A stretch of DNA of 64,000 nucleotides, taken from positions 112 to 64,111 of the forward strand of contig CALVXK010000008.1 of NCBI GenBank assembly GCA_944369075.1, read 5' to 3'. Below are positions 59,015 through 64,000 of this stretch, in pieces (position 1 is the first letter of the stretch; each line of letters starts with the position of its first letter). The notes below the pieces were generated by a model. That model had not been told where the DNA came from and did no database searches. It saw nothing but the letters and a program-made list of their open reading frames with translations. Source of the DNA: an uncultured Bacilli bacterium (GTDB taxonomy: Bacteria > Bacillota_I > Bacilli_A > RFN20 > CAG-826). The position numbers and the translations under genes are program-made.

Positions 59015-60454
59015 ATGGAAGAAAAGAAAGTAAGAGTAAGATATGCTCCTTCACCAACAGGATATTTACATATTGGTGGAGCAAGAAGTGCACTTTTTAA
59101 TTATCTTTTTGCAAAAAAATATAATGGTGATTTTGTTTTTAGAATTGAAGATACTGATATTGAAAGAAATATCGAGGGTGCTGAAGCTGAACAACTTCAT
59201 GATTTAATTTGGCTCGGAATTATTCCAGACGAATCTACAGAAAAACCAAATCCTAAATATGCTCCATATAGACAATCTGAAAAATTAGATTTATATCGAA
59301 AATATGCACAAGAATTAGTCGATAAAGGCTATGCATATGAATGTTATTGTACAAAAGAAGAACTTGAAGAAATGAAAGTTCAACAACTTTCTTCAGGTGT
59401 TAAATCTTTTAAATATGATAGAAGATGTTTAAATTTAACCGAAGAAGAAAAAGAAAAATATAGAAAAGAAGGTAGAGTTCCATCAATTAGATTAAAAATG
59501 CCTTCTAATCATGTATTAAAATTCCATGACTTAGTTAGAGGAGATGTTTCTTTTAATAGTGATGATATTGGTGACTTTGTCATTATGAAAAGTAACGGAA
59601 TTCCTACATATAACTTCGCTGTTGTTGTTGACGATCATATTATGGAAATTACCCATGTTCTTAGAGGCGAAGAACATCTCTCTAATACTCCAAAACAACT
59701 TCAAATTTACGAATACTTTGGATGGGAACCACCTCAATTTGGTCATATGACTATTATTATCAATCCAAATGGTAAGAAATTGTCAAAAAGAGATTTAAAT
59801 ATCGTTCAATTTGTATCTCAATATAGAAAACTCGGTTATTTGCCTGAAGCAATATTCAATTTCTTATGTTTGCTCGGATATACTGATCAAGATGGTAAAG
59901 AAATTTTCGATAAAGAATATATTTTCAAAACATTTGATCCTTCAAGACTTTCAACTTCACCATCAATGTTTGATAATAAAAAACTTCTTTGGATAAATTC
60001 TCAATACATTAAGGCAATGGATAACCAAAAATATTTTGATTTTATTTTCCCATTTATTGATGAAATTGAATCTTTAAAGAATATTGATTTAAATAGAAAA
60101 CAAGAAATTGCTTTGATGTTTAAAAATGAGCTTAATTATGGTGAAGAAATTGTTTCTTTATTAAATGATATTTTAATCAAAAAAGAAGAACTCAATGATG
60201 AAGAAAAAGCTATTTTAGAAAAAGAAACTTCTCCAAAAGTTATTGCATTATTTAAACAAAAGCTTGATTCATTAGATGAAGTAAATGAAGAAGAAGTAAA
60301 AAATATCTTTAATGAAATTAAGAAAGAAACAGGTTTAAAAGGCAAAGATATTTATATGCCTATAAGAATTTCATTAACTGGCGTAATGCATGGTATTGAA
60401 ATGTATAATATTATTGATATTTTAGGTAAAGAAGAAACACTTAAAAGATTATAG
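59015..60454 (+). CDS. gltX: Glutamate--tRNA ligase
   Basis: 'PSPTGYLHIGGARSALFN' (HIGH) and 'KLSKR' (KMSKS). Confidence 0.95.
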   Translation: MEEKKVRVRYAPSPTGYLHIGGARSALFNYLFAKKYNGDFVFRIEDTDIERNIEGAEAEQLHDLIWLGIIPDESTEKPNPKYAPYRQSEKLDLYRKYAQELVDKGYAYECYCTKEELEEMKVQQLSSGVKSFKYDRRCLNLTEEEKEKYRKEGRVPSIRLKMPSNHVLKFHDLVRGDVSFNSDDIGDFVIMKSNGIPTYNFAVVVDDHIMEITHVLRGEEHLSNTPKQLQIYEYFGWEPPQFGHMTIIINPNGKKLSKRDLNIVQFVSQYRKLGYLPEAIFNFLCLLGYTDQDGKEIFDKEYIFKTFDPSRLSTSPSMFDNKKLLWINSQYIKAMDNQKYFDFIFPFIDEIESLKNIDLNRKQEIALMFKNELNYGEEIVSLLNDILIKKEELNDEEKAILEKETSPKVIALFKQKLDSLDEVNEEEVKNIFNEIKKETGLKGKDIYMPIRISLTGVMHGIEMYNIIDILGKEETLKRL

Positions 60455-60512
60455 TTTTCTTTAAAAGAATCTTAAATTAAAGTATAATAATTTGCGGAAA
60501 AAGGAAAAAGAT

Positions 60513-60923
60513 ATGACAGATTATAAAAATAAATCATTAGTTGATGTCGCTTACGATATCTTAAGTGGTCATGATAAACCAATTAAATTCAAAGACTTAT
60601 ATGATGAAGTCGCAGCCGAAGCTGGCTTATTAGATGATAGAAAAGCTGCTCTAATTTCAAATTTCTTCACAAATTTATCTTTAGATGGTAGATTTGTTGC
60701 TTTAAAAAACAATGAATGGGATTTAAGAAGTAGACAAACTTTCGATAAAGTTCACGTTGACTTAAATGCTATTTATGAAGATATTGAAGAAGGCGATAAA
60801 GATACATCAGACCCATTAGACGACGATGAGGATGAGGATGATAAAATTCTCCGTGGCGATGGAGACGATGAAGATGAAGATGAAAGCTATTATAAGGACA
60901 ATTCATCTGATGAAATTTTCTAA
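60513..60923 (+). CDS. rpoE: RNA polymerase delta subunit
   Basis: N-terminal HARE-HTH-like 'SLVDVAYDIL...FKDLYDEV' and a poly-Asp/Glu C-terminal tail. ATG 60513 is preferred over TTG 60492. Confidence 0.85.
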   Translation: MTDYKNKSLVDVAYDILSGHDKPIKFKDLYDEVAAEAGLLDDRKAALISNFFTNLSLDGRFVALKNNEWDLRSRQTFDKVHVDLNAIYEDIEEGDKDTSDPLDDDEDEDDKILRGDGDDEDEDESYYKDNSSDEIF

Positions 60924-60967
60924 TTTAGTTATTAATTTAATTTAGATACAAGGAGGAATTATAAAAT

Positions 60968-61840
60968 ATGTTAGTATCTGCTACAGAAATGATTAACAAA
61001 GCTCACGCTGGTCATTATGCAATTGGACAATTCAACATCAATAACATGGAATGGATTAAAGCCATTCTTACAGCTGCTGAAGAAATGAAATCCCCTGTTA
61101 TTTTAGGTGTTTCCGAAGGTGCTGGAAAATATATGTGTGGTTGGGATAACGTTGTTGGTATGGTTAAACATATCCACGATTTTCTTAAGATTACTGTCCC
61201 AGTAGCAATTCACCTTGACCATGGTACATATGAAGGTGCAAAAGCTTGTTTAGCAGCAGGATTTACATCAATTATGTTTGATGGCTCACACTTCCCATTT
61301 GAAGAAAACTTAGAAAAATCAAAAGAATTAATTGCTTTAGCTCACGAACAAGGTAAATCAATTGAATGTGAAGTTGGTGGAATTGGTGGTTCTGAAGATG
61401 GTGTTACATCTTCTGGTGAACTTGCAGATCCAAAAGAATGCGCAACTATTGCAGGTCTTGGAGTTGATTTCTTAGCTGCTGGTATTGGTAATATCCATGG
61501 TGTTTATCCAGCAGATTGGAAAGGATTAAACTTTGAAAGATTACAAGAAATCCAAGATGCAACAAATGGTAAACCATTAGTTTTGCATGGTGGTACAGGT
61601 ATTCCATCTGACCAAATCAAAAAAGCTATTTCTTTAGGTGTTTCAAAAATTAACGTTAACACTGAATTACAACTTCAATTTGCTCATGCAACTAGAGAAT
61701 ATATCGAAGCTAAAAAAGATTTAGATATCGCTAAAAAAGGATTTGATCCACGTAAATTATTAAAACCTGGCTACGAAGCAATGATTGCTATCGTTAAAGA
61801 AAAAATTAAAGAATTTGGTAGTGATAATAAAGCTGAATAG
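60968..61840 (+). CDS. fba: Fructose-bisphosphate aldolase, class II
   Basis: 'AIGQFNINN', 'VAIHLDHG', 'LVLHGGTGIP'. Confidence 0.9.
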   Translation: MLVSATEMINKAHAGHYAIGQFNINNMEWIKAILTAAEEMKSPVILGVSEGAGKYMCGWDNVVGMVKHIHDFLKITVPVAIHLDHGTYEGAKACLAAGFTSIMFDGSHFPFEENLEKSKELIALAHEQGKSIECEVGGIGGSEDGVTSSGELADPKECATIAGLGVDFLAAGIGNIHGVYPADWKGLNFERLQEIQDATNGKPLVLHGGTGIPSDQIKKAISLGVSKINVNTELQLQFAHATREYIEAKKDLDIAKKGFDPRKLLKPGYEAMIAIVKEKIKEFGSDNKAE

Positions 61841-61848
61841 TTCTAATT

Positions 61849-62637
61849 ATGGAGAAATATTTAGCAGAATTATCTGAAATGATCAAGGTTGCTAAGGAAG
61901 CATCTTCCTTAGTCCTTGATATTTATCACAAAGGTTTTACAGTTGAAATTAAGGAGGATAATTCTCCTGTAACGGATGCTGATAAAAATAGTGATCAAGT
62001 AATTCGTTCACACCTTTTAAAATGTTTTCCAAATCATGCTTTTTTAAGTGAAGAGGAAGCTGACGATTTATCAAGATTAGATAAAGATTTTGCTTTTATC
62101 ATCGATCCTCTTGATGGAACAAAAGATTTTGTTAATCATGATGATGAATTTGCTATAAATCTCGCTTTATGTTATAAACATGAAATTGTGGCTAGCGTAA
62201 CTGCTATTCCAGTCTATCATAAAATTTATTATGCTTTAAAAAATAGAGGAGCTTATAAATTAGATACAAAGACTAACTCATGCCATAGAATATTTGTAAA
62301 TGATAAAAAGAAAGATTTAATCGTTTATAAATCAAGATACCATGCTTTTGAAAACGAAGCTGAAGTCTATGCTAGACATAAAGACAGAATTAAAGAAGTT
62401 AAGGATGCTGGAAGTTCATATAAAGCATGTTTAATTGCCGAAGGAAAAGGTGAAATTACTTATCGATTAAATAGAGGAACTAAAGAGTGGGATACAGCTT
62501 CTTTTACATTACTTATCGAAGAGGCTGGAGGTTACGTCTTAGATTTAAATAAAAAGAGAATCCCATACAATAGAAAAGATGTTTATAACGGATCATATAT
62601 TGTAGTAAATTCTTTAGATAACTGGTTATATCCTTGA
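61849..62637 (+). CDS. Inositol monophosphatase / CysQ-family phosphatase
   Basis: 'FLSEEE', 'IIDPLDGTKDF' and 'EWDTAS' motifs. Confidence 0.8.
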   Translation: MEKYLAELSEMIKVAKEASSLVLDIYHKGFTVEIKEDNSPVTDADKNSDQVIRSHLLKCFPNHAFLSEEEADDLSRLDKDFAFIIDPLDGTKDFVNHDDEFAINLALCYKHEIVASVTAIPVYHKIYYALKNRGAYKLDTKTNSCHRIFVNDKKKDLIVYKSRYHAFENEAEVYARHKDRIKEVKDAGSSYKACLIAEGKGEITYRLNRGTKEWDTASFTLLIEEAGGYVLDLNKKRIPYNRKDVYNGSYIVVNSLDNWLYP

Positions 62638-62644
62638 TAAAATT

Positions 62645-62671
62645 AACCTACAACACTTGTTGTAGGTTTTT
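62645..62671 (+). terminator. Intrinsic terminator
   Basis: aacctacaac...gttgtaggtt stem followed by T5. It lies inside the ORF-track N-terminal extension of the next gene. Confidence 0.7.
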
Positions 62672-62681
62672 ATTAGAAATT

Positions 62682-63125
62682 ATGAAATATTATTTAGCTT
62701 ACGGATCAAATTTAAATTTAAATGATATGAAGGTTAGATGTAGTAGTGCTAAAAAAGTTGGTTCTACTATTTTAAAAGATTATGCTCTAATTTTTCGTAA
62801 TCGTTATTTAACTATTATTCCTTCTAAAGGGGATGAATTACCTCTAGGTATATTTGAAATAAATGATGAAGATGAAGAAAAGTTAGATATTTATGAAGGT
62901 TATCCTTCTTTATATTATAAAACTTTTATTAATTTTGAATTTAATAAAGAGAATTATAAAGGTTTAATTTATATTATGAATGATATAACTAATTTAACTA
63001 AACCTAGTCTAGATTATATAAATACATGTAAAGAAGGTTATCTCGATTTTAACCTTGATTATAAATATATTGAAAAGGCGTTAAAAGAGTTAGAAGAAGC
63101 AAGAAAAATAGCGAAGGAAGATTAA
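62682..63125 (+). CDS. Gamma-glutamylcyclotransferase (AIG2/GGCT-like) family protein
   Basis: 'MKYYLAYGSNLNL...' is the YGSNL motif, and 'LDIYEGYP' is present. The start is set at ATG 62682, after the terminator. Confidence 0.75.
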   Translation: MKYYLAYGSNLNLNDMKVRCSSAKKVGSTILKDYALIFRNRYLTIIPSKGDELPLGIFEINDEDEEKLDIYEGYPSLYYKTFINFEFNKENYKGLIYIMNDITNLTKPSLDYINTCKEGYLDFNLDYKYIEKALKELEEARKIAKED

Positions 63126-63146
63126 TTATTTCCTTCGCTATTTTTA
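63110..63146. terminator. Bidirectional hairpin formed by the overlapping 3' ends of convergent genes
   Basis: agcgaaggaa-N10-ttccttcgct perfect 10-bp stem. T-runs are present on both strands. Confidence 0.65.
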
Positions 63147-63505
63147 TTATTAGCTTCTTCAATTTTTTTATTATAGGCTTCACTTTCTTCTCTTATTTTT
63201 CTCATTGCTTCTTTTACTTGCTCTTTTTCTTCAGCAAGTCTAACTGCAACTACACCAGGAACTTCTTCCATTAAAATAACTTCAATTCCTTGTTCGATGT
63301 CTTGATTAACATACATACATCCTTCACAAGCCCCAGTCATTTTAATATAGACAATTCCATCTTCAAAAGAGTCGAATTCGCATGATCCGCCTTCTCTTTC
63401 TAGAAATGGTTTAATCTTTTCTAGTGTATCTTTTATTCTCTTAATTGTATCTTCATTAGATACATTATTTTGTTCAAGTTTTTCGTTAGTATTAATATCT
63501 TCCAT
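63122..63505 (-). CDS. NifU-like (Nfu-type) Fe-S cluster scaffold domain protein
   Basis: 'IKPFLEREGGSCEF...VYIKMTGACEGC' is the CxxC motif of the NifU C-terminal domain. Confidence 0.85.
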   Translation of the reverse strand: MEDINTNEKLEQNNVSNEDTIKRIKDTLEKIKPFLEREGGSCEFDSFEDGIVYIKMTGACEGCMYVNQDIEQGIEVILMEEVPGVVAVRLAEEKEQVKEAMRKIREESEAYNKKIEEANNKNSEGNN

Positions 63506-63579
63506 AAGCTTATTTTTTAAATCCTTGATAATTTTATTCGCTTTATATTAAATATTCAAATAAAATAAACTATATATTT

Positions 63580-64000
63580 ATGAATCAGATTATTCCTTAT
63601 TTATATGCTTTGTTTTTAACGTTAATTATAGAATTACCTCTATATTATCTTTTTACGTATAAATCAAAATATTATCTAATTAAATTAGTTGTAATAACAT
63701 TAATGAATGCTATTACAAATATTTCGTTAAATTTAATATATCTAAAATTTAGCGAAATATCATATTTAATTTATGTATTAGAAATAGTAGTAGTACTTAT
63801 TGAATGGATAATACTATGGTTAACTTTATCTAGAAAGAAAAAAGAGCTAGCACTTTATTTGCTATACTCTTTTGTTACTAATTTAGTTTCTTATATTGTT
63901 GGTTTAATATGTAATTTATTAGTTCAAAATAGTTTTCATTTAGAAATAATATTCACATATATTTTTATAGCAATATTTGTAGTAGAAGTAATAGTTTTAG
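63580..64000 (+). CDS. Polytopic membrane protein, 3' end outside window
   Basis: The frame is open from ATG 63580 to the window edge (MNQIIPYLYALFLTLIIELPLYY...). It is not in the ORF track because it has no stop. Confidence 0.5.
   Translation, partial: MNQIIPYLYALFLTLIIELPLYYLFTYKSKYYLIKLVVITLMNAITNISLNLIYLKFSEISYLIYVLEIVVVLIEWIILWLTLSRKKKELALYLLYSFVTNLVSYIVGLICNLLVQNSFHLEIIFTYIFIAIFVVEVIVL

Overview
This is a 64-kb window from a very AT-rich chromosome. Spot counts on single 60-nt lines gave about 15-20% G+C in the 24.9 and 27.5 kb region and about 33-37% in ligA and the 31.2 kb gene.

**Likely organism.** The gene content points to a low-GC Bacillota or Mycoplasmatota-like organism (Acholeplasma- or Erysipelotrichia-like): rpoE (RNA polymerase delta), gatCAB plus asnS, tsaEBD-rimI, pcrA-ligA, ispF-gltX and class II fba. 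The standard genetic code applies, because the conserved genes are uninterrupted and Trp is TGG.

**Housekeeping blocks.**
- 1-20.5 kb: manA, an AAA ATPase, gpx, ung, a TPP riboswitch with thiT, zupT, tsaE-tsaB-rimI-tsaD and asnS.
- 41-64 kb: a sigma/anti-sigma pair, pcrA-ligA-gatCAB-pepC, two MacB-like ABC fusions, ychF-ispF-gltX-rpoE-fba, an IMPase, a GGCT-like protein and a NifU-like protein.

**Accessory region (about 20.9-38.9 kb).** It has no integrase or transposase. It contains pseudogenes and two inverted DUF4143 ATPase paralogs, one of them frameshifted, plus two gene systems of interest.
1. 23.35-30.27 kb: a tightly packed cassette. It encodes an 866-aa PolC/DnaE-derived protein with degenerate catalytic motifs and a duplicated fingers module. 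It also encodes a 305-aa partner carrying the same module, two PD-(D/E)xK-like proteins, an ORF with an in-frame TGA, and a divergent HTH-WYL regulator. I regard this as the best candidate for an undescribed defence-type system.
2. 31.1-36.4 kb: a tapA-sipW-tasA-like operon. It has a SipW-type signal peptidase and three substrates carrying a non-canonical GFSxWVFD-type signal motif. A G4TG8 tract precedes it.

**Non-coding signals.**
- The 24-nt G-tract element occurs a second time (with G9) in front of a small gene next to asnS.
- Several intergenic regions carry locus-specific short-word arrays. Three of these have about 33-bp periodicity.
- TTTTGCA-type palindromes recur in accessory intergenic regions.

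All homology statements are by-eye motif comparisons. None has been confirmed by a database search.
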